Source of the DNA: Octopus sinensis
Taxonomy: Eukaryota
Direction of reading: 5' to 3'
Assembly (NCBI RefSeq): GCF_006345805.1
Contig: NW_021832015.1
Span: 62,001-126,000, forward strand
Length of the DNA stretch: 64,000 nucleotides
Shown here piece after piece: positions 1 through 12,600 of the stretch. Every line of letters begins with the position of its first letter. Within the stretch, counting starts at the first letter, position 1. The notes under the pieces are model-generated. The model saw nothing but the letters and a program-made list of their open reading frames with translations. It had not been told where the DNA came from and made no database searches. The position numbers and the translations under genes are program-made.

Positions 1-84
1 GGTTTTTTGACTTTTTATTAAAATTTTATGTATTGATTAAGTCTTTCCTTGTTTGTTTTGCAAATAGTGGTTTTGTCTCTAATA

Positions 85-126
<42 letters not shown>

Positions 127-269
127 GAGGAAAATGCCCCCCCCCCGTCCAATGGATGGTGCTGAGTTGTCAAACATTTAAACCAAATTTTCTCAAAACA
201 ACTTGTCTGACCATCCCATAGGCCTCCCCTTTGAGAAACACTGATTTAACCTAAATTTGAGACACCAGC

Positions 270-499
270 AAAAGACGGATTTCGACTGATGTACTTGCGC
301 GTACAAATGTACGTTCCCACGGCTTTATCGATCGCATTCTCACCTGGAATCGATTTTTGTATTTTTTTCAAGACTTATACACGCCCTGATACCGTCCGTA
401 TCTACATATCAAATTTGGGCGCAATCGAATGGAGGATGCCCGAGATTCTAGAAGACACACAGACAGACTGACAGGCAGAACGGATTTTATATAATAGAA
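270..499 (-). mobile_element. Non-autonomous Helitron-like element, 5' end fragment
   Basis: Minus strand begins TCTATTATATAAAA, followed by (GTCT/CTGT)n and a CGATTGCGCCCAAATTTG motif. This layout is typical of the 5' ends of non-autonomous Helitrons. No 3' hairpin/CTAG end found. Confidence 0.45.
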
Positions 500-583
<84 letters not shown>

Positions 584-584
584 T

Positions 585-800
585 GTTCACAAATTCAGAC
601 TCGGAATTCCAGCTTCACCAACTTGATTTCACAAACTTGGATCCGTAATTCTGGATTCATAATTTTTGGTTTCACCAAAATTGGCCTCACACAAAAACTG
701 ACCTTACAAATTTGGTTTTCAGAAATATGGATTCCAAAAATGTGGATCTCATAAAATCTGGATTTCCATTTTAGTACAAATTCGGTTTTCGAACCTTGGA
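585..800. repeat. Degenerate ~15-bp tandem repeat (consensus near CACAAATTTGGATTT)
   Basis: Recurring units such as cacaaattcaga, cacaaacttgga, acaaatttggttttc, agaaatatggattcc, aaaaatgtggatctc and acaaattcggttttc. Confidence 0.5.
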
Positions 801-1117
801 CCTAAACATAAATAAATCTAATGTCAAAGCAACCATTTAAACTCAAAGTTCATGACACAAAACGGCTGCCAGACTGCATCAATAATTTTAGTTAAAAAAA
901 TTAAATCGTCGAACAAAAAGCTAGTTTCCTTTAAATTCACACAAAACTGCTTCATACAAGCAGCTGAGTAACCATTAGACAAGATTTACACTTAGTTGTC
1001 TAATACAAAACATTGACTAAATGAAAAAATTAAATTCATACACCCTTTAGCTATTTATGCAAATTTTAACATTTATCTTAACATAAAGTAAAAAAAAAAT
1101 AATAAATGCACCCTTTT

Positions 1118-1354
1118 AAAGCCTAGCCAAGCTCATGGGCCCGGTTTCCTGGTTTCAATGGTGTATGTGTTCCCCAGCTGGACGGGACGCCAGTCCATCA
1201 CAGCGTTACTCATTTTTGCCAGCTGAGTGGACTGGAGCAACGTGAAATGAAATGTTTTGCTCAAGAACACAACGCGTCGCCCGGTCCAGGAATCGAAACC
1301 ACAATCTTACGATCATGACGCTGACACCCTAACCACTAAGTCACGCGCCTCCAC
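1118..1354 (-). mobile_element. tRNA-derived SINE with V-SINE-like central/3' motif
   Basis: Minus strand has an A-box (GACTTAGTGGT), a B-box (GGTTTCGATTCC) and the motif GATGGACTGGCGTCCCGTCCAG. It shares the block TTCACGTTGCTCCA.T.CACTCAGCTGGCAAAAATGA with the copy at 53885. Confidence 0.75.
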
Positions 1355-1499
1355 TTAACAGAAAATAGCTAGCAAAATTACTACGCATCCTGCCACAAAT
1401 GCAGGGTTCAAAATTCACATAAATATTATAACATAACTTAAGAGATTTTTTTGTACTCACCCAGATGTGACACAGAAATTTGAAAAATAATGATGAAGA

Positions 1500-2140
1500 C
1501 CTGCTGTAATATGCCGCGAAATATATGGGTGTAAATGCAGATGAAATTATGGGCAATGAAGAGTTTAACCACGCTGAGAAGAAGAGAAAAGAAGACTTTC
1601 TTGAAATGAGAATACATGACCAGTTTCAAAGGAATACACAGAACGTAAAGGATAATACAGCATCGTAGGCATGGCTTGAGCGAGGTAATTTGAAGCGTAC
1701 CAACGAAAGCCTGATCATTGCTGCACAAGACCAGGCTCTTGATACCAATTCTGTGAAGTATAGCATCTATAAAACTTCTGACACCCAGAAATGCAGACTC
1801 TGTGGAAAGAGTGTAGAAAATGTGACCCACTTGGTAAGTGGATGTGAGAGCCTTGCACAAAAAAATACAAGTGCCACAACGATTAAATGTGTGTGTAGTT
1901 TCATCGGCTCTTATGCCGTAAATACCAATATGAAGTAACAGAGAACTGGTATGAGCATGTACCAAATAAAGTTATACAGGAGGATGGAAAAGTAACGATA
2001 CTCTGGGACTATGATTTTCAAACAAATACTGTCAGATCATTGATGTAGCAATACTAAATGACATGAATGTTATGAGTTAAGAGGGTGAAAGAATCACCAA
2101 GTATTCCGAATTGAACCTAGCCCTTTATTTGACTAATGAT
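1500..2140 (+). mobile_element. R4/Dong-like non-LTR retrotransposon fragment (CCHC zinc knuckle and start of RLE endonuclease)
   Basis: ESLIIAAQDQAL...CRLCGKSVENVTHLVSGC, followed by frameshifted ILWDYDFQT. Degraded. Confidence 0.8.
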
Positions 2141-2212
2141 GTACACTGTTATCATTCCTAAGATATGAGAATATGTTGCTGATGTTATTTTTCTCTTGAT
2201 GTTATTTTTCAA

Positions 2213-2288
2213 GTCCCTGCCTGGTATTGAACTTATAATCTCAAGCTTAGTGGCCCGCGCTCTTACCACTAAGCTATGTACTCGTGGG
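2213..2288 (-). mobile_element. tRNA-like Pol III head (SINE-derived, not a functional tRNA)
   Basis: Minus strand TAGCTTAGTGGTAAGAGCGCGGGCC...AGTTCAATACC carries A and B boxes. The acceptor and anticodon stems are not convincing. Confidence 0.55.
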
Positions 2289-2329
2289 TAGTGAATTTTA
2301 GGGCTTATAAACCTAGTATTTTATCTTTT

Positions 2330-3035
2330 TTTAATATTGGTTCCCATATTACATTCATATCTGCACTAGGTCTGCTTAGCAAATTATTGTGTCCTAGCCT
2401 CTTTTAATTTTCGTATTTTCCAGTGGTGTTCTTTGTCGACTATTTTAACTTCATCCCACAGCAGGTTGTGGTCTTCGTTTTTCCATACATGATCGGCTAT
2501 ACCCGATTTTTCAACATCCCCTCTACCCTTACTTTAAGGGGGCGGCATGTTTCGTCTCTGTATAACCTACCACAACAGCATGGGATAGAGTACACGCAGT
2601 TTTTGGTCATATTCTCTTCTATGGGTGGTTTTACTCGGAGAACATATTTGCGAAGTATTGTATTACTTCTGAATACTGTCCTGATGCCATATGGAACGCA
2701 TATATGTTGTATCTTTTCCGAGATGCCTTTGACATAGTGTAGGCAGACTGTGCTCAGTTTATGGGTTTCATCCTCTCTCTTCTACCTAATTGGAGTGGGT
2801 AGTATATTCTTTGGTTAGTTGTTTCATAGCAGATTGTTTCTTAGCCTGATCATTTCTTCGTGATGTGTCTCAGGATCGCTACTTATAGTCTTTGCTCGAT
2901 GCTTTAGGTACTGAGCAATCCCTCTCTTTGTACTGTATGGATGGTGGGAATTGAAGTTGAAGTATTGTCCAGTGAAGGTTGGCTTGCGGTATACGGATGT
3001 CATGAACCCATACTCAGTGCGTGTTATTAATTCGT
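2330..3035 (-). mobile_element. Penelope-like element (Poseidon-type) fragment: RT thumb plus GIY-YIG endonuclease
   Basis: Manual minus-strand translation gives TSVYRKPTFTGQYFNFNSHHP...NCVYSIPCCCGRLYRDETCRPLKVR...SGIADHVWKNEDHNLLWDEVKIVDKEHHWKIRKLKEA. Contains stops and frameshifts. Confidence 0.85.
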
Positions 3036-3552
3036 CCAGAATGCCAACTAATGTTATAAAGGAGTTAGGACCATCGGAGAGCTACAAATATCTAGGGATA
3101 TTTGAAGGTGATGGAATCAAACATTCAAATGATGAGGGGAAAAATCAGAAAAGAATGTTATCGCAGGGTAAGTGTAATACTCAAGACAGAGATTAACGCA
3201 AGAAACAGGATCGAAGTGATAAATTCTTTAGCCATACGGACCGTGGCTCAGTTTCAATATTATTAATTGGTCAATTACTGTAACAGAAAAATACGAAAAT
3301 TGAATAGAATGACAAAATTGACAATGAATAGAATGCACACCCCACTTTCCCTAAGGCAGACGTAGAACGACTTTACTTGCCAAGAAAAAGAGGGTGGCCG
3401 TGGACTTTTACAACTGGATTTAACAATGAAGATTGCCTCGATTGTCCTGAACACTTACCTGAAAAACTCTGATGACTGAATGTTACAACTTGTCTTAAAG
3501 CACGAAAACAAGAAAACGTCATACTGGGTAACAAAACGGACAAAGAAATATG
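3036..3552 (+). mobile_element. R4/Dong-like retrotransposon RT C-terminal fragment (family C, related to 35525-37668)
   Basis: VIKELGPSESYKYLGIFEGDGIKHS...; homologous to the minus-strand copy at about 36600-37080. Confidence 0.85.
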
Positions 3553-4100
3553 TTGGTGTGCACGTTTTTCCTCCTCGGTTTCAACTTGTTTAATAGTTTT
3601 GAAAGTTTCTGCGTAGACATTGATCTTACCTTTAATTATACTCCATGTTGCCAGAATTTCAGGTATACAACTTTTATTTGAATCATCCACTTTTCATACA
3701 CTATGAGCTTGTACAGAATCAACGACATATAGCTGAACCAACTGTCTTTGTTGCCCTTCAGATGGACGCATGTGTGATGTTCTGTAGTACATATGTCCAT
3801 GAACTCTGAAACAGCATATGGGCCCCTTCTAGAATGTCCAACCAAGTGTGCATCCATCGATGCACAGGACAATATAGGAGTTAAACGACCTAATATTTTC
3901 TTTGAAATTACCATTATTGAAAATATTGGGATCTCACATTAGAGATTTCAAATATTCTGGATAGTGTCTTTGATCAGAAGGATGCAGTTTTCCTTAATGC
4001 CAGCAGTTATTGAAGTAGCCGTCTGAAATTTGTTTAAAAACAATACAAAATATTTGACTATGCAAATTTGCCACAGGATAGTCATATCTCTACAATAACG
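3553..4100 (-). mobile_element. Helitron Rep (RepHel N-terminal region) remnant
   Basis: Frameshifted minus-strand translation gives GYFNNCWH*GK...PEYLKSLM...ENIRSFNS..ASMDAHL..RRGPY/CFRVHGHMYYRTSHMRPSEGQQRQLVQLYVVDS...NKSCIPEIL...INVYAETFK. This matches the Helitron motifs NIRxYNS, GPYxFRIHGQxYH and AQLYIxD. Confidence 0.8.
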
Positions 4101-4620
4101 TTGTTCAACGTTTCCCTCGTTGTATGTTGAATTAAAAGCTCTTTCTGTAATATGGTCTTGGTTTCGAGTGGCTTTCGTTCTTTCATCATTATGAAGCCTT
4201 CTGTTGTTGCGTTCATATTTTCATCTTCTCGATTTAGTTACTTGTTTTATCTATATAACAGACATAATCAGCAACATTACTCAGACAATCTTTGGTGTTA
4301 ACTCTGCCATATAGAACATTTAAATGTTCAAGAGAATTCCGTGTTCTGGCTGCTCAAGTCATCACAGAGCTACCTCCATGTTCATTTTCAGCGGCCAAAC
4401 ACTCAAGGTAGGTGGCTTCTTTGGTTCGTCTTCAGACATGAACACGCCCCTGAGGAAAAGGCTGAATGGTGATTGGTCAGAGACGACATTATTCTACTAA
4501 GCCATTGACACTGTTTTTTTCTTCCTCATCAATGTTGAAGGGGGACGGGGAAGTTTTAACAAACGCAGTATACCAGTATTATCCAGATTTATAGAATTCA
4601 CGACGAAGAGTCTCGTTGAC

Positions 4621-4676
4621 ATGAAGTTAGCAAGGCGGTGGATTAGTTCTGTTCTCATTTTTGCAACTGTAGTTCG
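4621..4676 (+). CDS. Candidate first coding exon (signal peptide) of the PAN/apple-domain gene
   Basis: ATG-initiated MKLARRWISSVLIFATVV(R) has a basic N-region and a hydrophobic core, and ends at a strong CG|GTGAGT donor (phase 2). The phase matches the micro-exons at 17068 and 17181. An inverted CCAAT (ATTGG) lies at 4472. The link across a 12-kb intron is inferred. Confidence 0.4.
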
Positions 4677-4999
4677 GTGAGTTTTAGACAATATGTTATA
4701 TTATTGTGATGTCTGTCTCTGTGAGGTTTGCCTTCCTTCCAGAATTATGCTTGCCAGAACTGGCTTCACTTTAGTTTTGGAATGCCAATGTGATTTTAGT
4801 GACTGTACCTCTCGAAATTTGAAGCTTTAACCACCTGTTTGGAAATCAGGTAGGTTACACATTTTAATGTATATATATATCTGCAAAAAATAGCAAAGCA
4901 AAAGGCCACATCATGAAGTACGAAGCATGCATACACATACAAACTAGAAAAGTTTTGAATTTATCATACTGCCGATAGAAAGAAATTACTTAATTAAAA

Positions 5000-5225
5000 G
5001 TGGTGTTTCCGTTATTTTGTGCAATCCCTGCATACAAACATACAGACAGACAGGCAGGCAGGCAATATGCATACATACAACATACATATATGCACACATA
5101 CATACATACATACATAATACATACATACATACATACATACATACATGCAAACACACCCACACGCACATTCACAGACAAACACACACATTCACACACACAC
5201 ACACACCACACACACACACACACGT
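5000..5225. repeat. (CATA)n/(CA)n microsatellite
   Basis: Direct inspection; source of the spurious ORFs at 4986-5416. Confidence 0.95.
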
Positions 5226-5594
5226 TGTTGAGTAATATTCAAGAGAGAAAATACCCAGAACAAACTTTATCCTTGTCCAGCTTCATTCAATGCTGTTACT
5301 CTGGAGTGCATCTTCTCCTGAGAAGCCAAACCGGGCGCTTTCGATGTGACTTGTCTGAGGAGATTTTGTACTGTTTCGGTCAACCTAATTTCATTCACGT
5401 GATATGTATTTACTAAGGCGAAGAGCTGGCAGAAACGTTAGTACACCGGGTGAAATACTTAGTAAATAAGAGTAAAAATTAAAAAATAACAACCCTTGTC
5501 GGTTCCTTTCATCATTTTTTTTACAGCAACTACTAACCGGATGTATTTGTTCACCTCCAACAATAGAAAGCATCGCCGTATTTTATTCCATGAT

Positions 5595-5686
5595 GGTTAT
5601 CTCTGAAGAGCGCAGGGTTACATAATCGGACTATTACTTAAGACTCCGTTGTACTCTCAGTGCGAAACCGATTGGTAAGATCGGCT
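5595..5686 (+). ncRNA. Type I hammerhead ribozyme with intact core (probably Penelope-derived)
   Basis: Core CTGAAGA at 5603-5609. Stem II is GCGC/GTGC then AGGGT/ACTCT with a long extension. GAAA at 5664-5667. Stem III is ACC-GATT-GGT. Cleavage triplet GTA at 5675-5677. Stem I is ATCT/AGAT. Confidence 0.7.
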
Positions 5687-5711
5687 GTAATTGTTATATA
5701 CTACTGTACAT

Positions 5712-5791
<80 letters not shown>

Positions 5792-5802
5792 TAGATAGAT
5801 AA

Positions 5803-5884
<82 letters not shown>

Positions 5885-6075
5885 TATGCGCGCACCCACA
5901 GACACAGACACACACATATATATATATATATACCCACTTAAACGTGGATGTTCTATTAGAACAAACTTTACTGTGATAGTTACCATGAGAGAAACTCTCA
6001 TACTGGCTTTCTGATGTAAATCTTGTTTATATCGCTAGCTGGAAGATAGATTCCCGCTATCTCCAGTGCCGAGAT

Positions 6076-6120
6076 CACCAGTTCACGCGATTTCGACCTT
6101 GTTTGGTCTTGTCAATGATG
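6076..6120 (-). ncRNA. Degenerate hammerhead-like motif
   Basis: Minus strand reads CATCA TTGACAA GACC-AAACAA-GGTC GAAA TC-GCGT-GA A C TGGTG. All three stems pair, but three core positions deviate (C3, G8, U16.1). Confidence 0.35.
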
Positions 6121-6479
6121 AACACTCGACCCCTAGATGTAGCAGCGATTCATTCCACATCCAGTGATATATAGATTGACAGAATCATTTTCCTCTCTGC
6201 CTCGTTATTTCTTGGAATGGGGATGAAATCCGCCAGCTCTAAAATGCTCCCTATACACCATATAACGACAGCGCCCTCATGAGTCTATCAATGAGTTATG
6301 GGCCCATAGCTCACACACACACACACACACATACATACATGCACGCACGCACGTAGAGATACATACGTTGTATGAAGGAATGAATAAGAAGTTCACTTTC
6401 CAAACTCACAATTTCGGTTTCGATTTCACTGTTAAGCAAATATTTTCTATTGCCCTCCAGTAAACCCATATCACTTTTC

Positions 6480-6890
6480 TACTCTAGGCACACGGCCCGA
6501 AATTTTGGGGGAGGGGGCCCAGTCGATTAGATCGAACCCAGTACGCAACTGGTACTTAAATTATCGACCAAAGTCGACCTTGGCGGAATTTGAACTCAGA
6601 AGTAAAAATAATCGAAATACTGCTAAGCATTTCGCCCGACGTTCTAACGTTTCTTATTTCTTTATTGCCCATAAGGGGCTAAACATAGAGGGGACAAACA
6701 AGGACAGACAAACGGGTTAAGTCGATTATATCGACTCCAGTGTGTAACTGGTACTTAATTTATCGACCAAGAAAAGATGAAAGGCAAAGTCGACACCGGC
6801 GGAATTTGACCTCAGAACGTAGCGGCAGACGAAATACCGCTACGCATTTTGCCCGGCGTGCTAACGACTCTGCCAGCTCGCCGCCCTTAT
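6480..6890 (-). mobile_element. Octopus-type tRNA-derived SINE (GGCGGCGAGCTGGCAGAA family), composite copy
   Basis: Reverse complement matches the + copies at 31668, 34488 and 53380 (GAGTTCAAATTCCGCCGAGGTCGACTTTGCC). Confidence 0.85.
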
Positions 6891-7664
6891 AGGGTAATTA
6901 AATTATAACAGTTATTATAGTCCACTCTGCATTGTTGCACCATTCAAGACACGTTATATTTTATTATTCTTTTATTATTTCTATTTTTCTTGTTCACCTT
7001 TACTAATTTTCCAATATTTTTAACTTTTCCCAAATCTTGTCATTTAATGTTATCTTTTATTTATATTTTTTCTGTAGCTTCAGCTCTATTTTCATTTTCA
7101 TCTTTAATAGTAAATATTATTTCATGTTTACTTATAACACTAGATTTTAACTTTCTGAATTTTCTAATTTTAAATTTTAATACAATCTTTGAACTTTTAA
7201 TTTTTTTTATTTTAAGCTTTAAATTTTAAAGTTTTTAATTCTTTCATTCTTGATTATGATTTTTTATAATTTTTAGTCTAAATTTTTTCTTCTTTTTTTG
7301 ATTTTCTTAATTTTAGAATTTTAAGTTTAAATTAAAATTTTTTTTTCAAAGCTATAATTTAAGGTTTAATTTTTAATATTCACTTTTGAAAATTTTAACA
7401 TTTGATTTATAATTTTAAATAATTAATTTTTCAGAATTTTTTAAAAATCATTTTAAATCTGTTTCATTTCCGGGATTGAAATTATATTCATTTTCAATTT
7501 TTTTAAATTTCATTTCTCAATATTTCATTTTTGACCTTTTAAAATTTTTTTATTCTAATATTTACTTTTTAATATTTTTTTCATCGTATGTTACTTTTCA
7601 AATATACTTTGCTTTGTTTTATTTTAATCTCAACCATATACTCTTTATACTCTCTTTTACTCTT

Positions 7665-8055
7665 TTTCTTGTTTCAGTCATTTGACTGCGGCCATGCTGG
7701 AGCACCGCCTTTAATCGAGCAACTCGACCCCGGGACTTATTCTTTTGTAAGCCCAGTACTTATTCTATCGGTCTCTTTTGCTGAAACCGCTAAGTAACGG
7801 GGACATAAACACACCAGCATCGGTTGTCAAGCAATGCTAGGGGGACAAACACAGACACACAAACACACACACGCATATATATACATATATACGACGGGCT
7901 TCTTTCAGTTTCCGTCTACCAAATCCACTCACAAGGCTTTGGTGGGCCCGAGGCTATAGTAGAAGACACTTGCCCAAGGTGCCATGCAGTGGGAATGAAC
8001 CCGGAACCATGTGGTTGGTAAACAAGCTACTTACCACACAGCCACTCGTGCGCCA
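7665..8055 (-). mobile_element. Octopus-type tRNA-derived SINE (GCAGGAGTGGCTGTGTGGTAAG family)
   Basis: Near-identical to the copies at 15245-15645 (-) and 61235-61700 (+). Contains a CORE-like GCACCTTGGGCAAGTG and an internal CA/TA microsatellite. Confidence 0.9.
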
Positions 8056-8145
8056 TATACGATTTTCTTTTACCAAAGTTTCATAATCAAGTGTCAAATG
8101 GTCAAAAAACTGGTGACAGCTTTCAGGTGAAACCGACGATATTAA

Positions 8146-8675
8146 CCCATTGCCTGCCATGAGCCCCATTTAGGGATCTGCTAAAAGCAGTCACTGCCAG
8201 TTGTTCATTGTATTTAAAGTGAATTGCTTATGTACACTGCCTTTGCAGAGGTGTGTTTAACAATATTTAGTAGTTAAAGTTTGTCATTATTAGCTTTGGC
8301 TAATTCTAGAGGACATTTTATGTCATAAATCGCAATTTTTGAATTACAAAAATATTGACTGTTTTGAAAACGTTTTCTTTTTTTCTTTTCTTTTTTTTTT
8401 GCATTTCCCATTTTTATCGATCATTGATGTTTCATTCACATTCGCATTTGATACTATAGTTTCAAAAAAACTAAAATGTTTATTGTTGCAATTAATTAGA
8501 AAAGGATAAATATGCTTTTTTTTCGGCGATCCCCATTTGGGGCTTTTCGAAAAATTTATCATAATTTCCAAAATAATTCCCATATGACAAAAATTTAAAT
8601 ACTATATAATATTTTAATTTCTAACACACCTGACAAAGCCACAAAATAGGAATAAAAAATTTGGCAGTTAATGGG
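8146..8675. mobile_element. piggyBac-type non-autonomous element (MITE)
   Basis: TIRs CCCATTGCCTGCCA (8146-8159) and TGGCAGTTAATGGG (8662-8675) match at 12/14. TTAA flanks both ends (8142-8145, 8676-8679). No ORF. Confidence 0.75.
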
Positions 8676-9079
8676 TTAAACACACCAGCAATAGCTATCA
8701 AACCTATACATAATATCGAATAAGACACTGTCAAGAGACTCATTGTTGTGAATATAAGTGTACGATGTCATTTAATAGATTCAATCTTCTACATCCAACG
8801 ATGTTGAGGCCTGTTTTTTAGCTGTTCTACACGTGGGTCGACGAAATGTAAGTGTGTGTGCGTGCGTGTGTGTGTATGTGTGTGTGTGCGTGCGTGTGTG
8901 TGTGTGTGTGTGCGTGTGTGTGTGTGTGTGTGTTTGTATACAAACAAGTAATATAGGACATTAATCTTTTGGATTACAGATTCTTAAGATTCTAAAGTTG
9001 TTTAATTTCGGTCAGTAACATTTTTCTTTGAATTTTTCAAAACTTCTCATGTTTTCGGTCACCCTGTATGAAATATGGA

Positions 9080-9668
<589 letters not shown>

Positions 9669-12600
9669 GTCTCTTTATTAACCACACAGGGCTGCACACA
9701 GACGGGACAAATTACAAAGTAGAGTTTGGGGGGGGAGAAAAAAAAGAAAAAGAGGGGTAGGTTTTCGATCAAAAGGGATCGTAAAAAGGAAAGGAAAAAA
9801 ATGATCAATAGGGATCGTGTATCACAGAAATGTCATGATGTAAGGTTTAAAGGAGAAAACAGATAAGGTTTATTCGTGGAAAGAAAAGCCTACAGAAAAG
9901 ACCACTGTAACCTCGGTCGATAATGTCACATGTTAACACATTTATTTGCAAGTAAGTAACTCTCTGTTTTAAATTTTTCCTGGTTCATAAGATTATGCTC
10001 AAGGTGGCTTCGTCATACGTGCTATCCTTGCTACATTCACCCATCTTTTTTGCAACATTCGCTAGACAAAACTTCCCTCTCTACCCTTACTTTCCTTTTC
10101 AAGTGATACTTGAAGAAGTTGATGAGAGATTGACCAGAGAGGAAAGTGTTTGTCTCTAGGCCTTTCAGACGCGTCCACCAGATACATTCTTTCGCCATAA
10201 CCACAAGGATGATGAAAATATCTCTTCCTTCCCGTTTGAAGGAAGAAGGCGTGAAGATATTGACGATAGACTCGGCTGATAAACCGACTCGTTCCACACG
10301 CGACAGCATTCGTTCGACATAAGCCCACAGGTCGGAAATGGTTGGACACTGCACGAGTTCGTGCAGAACGCTTTCGTCGTTCTGACCGCATCTCGGACAG
10401 GTCGGCCCCATGTTTCTCGAGCCGTGTCTGTAGAGCTTATCCCGAACGGGTAGCGCTTCTCGGTAACACTGCCACGCCAGGGATCTCTGGAATTTGTCCA
10501 TAGGTCCTGGCCCGAAAGTCGTCCTGAACAGGCGGGTCAGGTATTTCTCGTCGATTTCCAGGTTCGCCCCGAGCTCGTCGTCGTACTTCCCCTCCACTAA
10601 TCCCCTATAGAATGCTTTGGTTGTGTTAAAGTCGCTCAAGGTGCGACCCGGGACGGCATAGTTGCTTGAGAGCAACGCGACACACGCGGTGCCATTCGCC
10701 CTTCCTCAACCTCTTTTTGATCCACGACAGTAGTTCGGCCATGGAGACGAGTTGCGGGAAAGCGTGCTTCACAAACAGCGACCACACCTGTTCGCCGTCG
10801 TCTACGTAGAGCCGGAAATGTCGCAGTCTCAGCGTGTGTCTGCGCATCATCAACCACGGCATGCCCAGTCCTCCTTTTAACGGGTGTTGACAGCAAATGG
10901 CTCGCCTGACGCATCCTTTCCACAAGAAGCGGAAGAGAATACGTTCTAGTTTGGTGATGGTAGGGTCGGGACAAGGCACGATGGTCAGGCACTAGTAGAT
11001 GACGGACGCAATATACGCGTTCGCCAACTCCGCCCGACCTTTTAGGGATAGCTTCCTCTCGGCCCATTGCCGGGCGAGAGTTGCCACCCTACTCGTTATC
11101 TCGTCCCAGTTCTTTTCCGTTTGGGAGTTCGGACCAAACCAGAGCCTGAGTTATTGACCGGACCGTCAGTCCAGTGTCCCACGACGGAGGCGCTGCTGAA
11201 CAGCATGGGCTTGCTTCTCCAGGTGCCGAACCGCAAGTCCACTGACTTTTCCTGGTTGATTTTCGCTCCCGTTACCGCTTCGTAGTCTTTCAGTGTCTCG
11301 ATGTGGTCGTGGCTAGACACTATTACTGTGATGTAGTCCGCGTATACAGACACGCTCGTCCTGCATCCCAGTTCTCGCGGGATGCTCCTCAGCGTCGCCA
11401 GCTTCCGCAGTAGTGGATCGAGAGTCAATACGTACAGAAGCTACGAGAGGGGGCATCCCTGACGGACCGAACGTGCAATGTCGAATGGTCTGGACAGATG
11501 CTCATTCATGCGAATTACCGAACGGATACCTCTGTATAAGGCAGCGATCCAACCGCTGAAGATGGGACCGAAACCAGCCGCTAAGAGGACAGCCTCCAAG
11601 TATCAATTGTCTACTCTATCGAAAGCTTTGAATTGATCCAAATTGATCAGGGACCCAACCATGCTAGGTTCCTTAACTATTCCATCTATGATGTAGCGCA
11701 TCAGATGGGGGTTGTCATGGTTGCTCCAGCCCGGCACGGTCCACGTTTGCACCTTGTCGACCAGTTTCTCGATGACAAGCGCCAGCCTCATGGCTAACAC
11801 CTTGGCCAAAATTTTCAAATCTGCATTGAGCGGCGGGTTAGGCCTAAAGTTATCTATTACGTCCCCATTGTTTGGATCTTTCTTCAACAGCATTACGGCT
11901 CCTCGGCTCACAAAACTGGAGATGTTCTCGTTTTGCTGCCAGTTGTAGTATACTGCTGCCAAGACGCCTCCAAACAAGTCTGGCATACAACTGTAAAGCT
12001 CGTAGGGCAGATCATCCAAACCCGGTGATTTGTCCCTCGAGCATTCTGCCATCGCGTCCCGCACGTCCGCCGCTGTGATAGTACCTTTGCAACACTCTGC
12101 CTCTCTTGCCGAGAGTCGGGGCAGGCTATACAGGTAAGCACTGAAGTCCACCCTGCGTTCTGATTCGCCACTTGTCCCGTACAGTTGGGCAAAGTGCTGC
12201 TGAAAGGCCTCACACATTTTACTAGGCTCGAGTAATTCGCGCCCCTGTACATCCATCAGAGACCGAATGGTAGCTTTGTTGCCCTGTTGCGCCTCTGCCA
12301 CCCGGGCCTCTCGCGCGGCTCCAACACCTTCGTTTCTTAGAACACGCATCCTAGCCCAGACAACGCCCTTCGTGTTTGGCGTTGAAGTGTTGGTCGAGGA
12401 CCAATCTCACCGCCGATATGTCAGATGCGATGCTACTTCTAATCGCCTCTTCTAGTTTCTTAACTAGGTCTCCCTCTATTTTGTTTCTATCTATTGCTAG
12501 CGCTTTGCTATATCTAATCGATTCAGCTTTTATTGATTTCTTGAGGACAGACCACCATTTGTTGTTGATAGCTCTCGTAAAAGCCCTCTTCACCAGTGTA

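Noticed and set aside
2213-2288. tRNA gene
   Set aside because: Pol III boxes are present but there is no proper cloverleaf; treated as a SINE head.
4450-4490. CTGAGGA...TCAGAGAC hammerhead-like string
   Set aside because: GAAA core and stems I and III are not recoverable.
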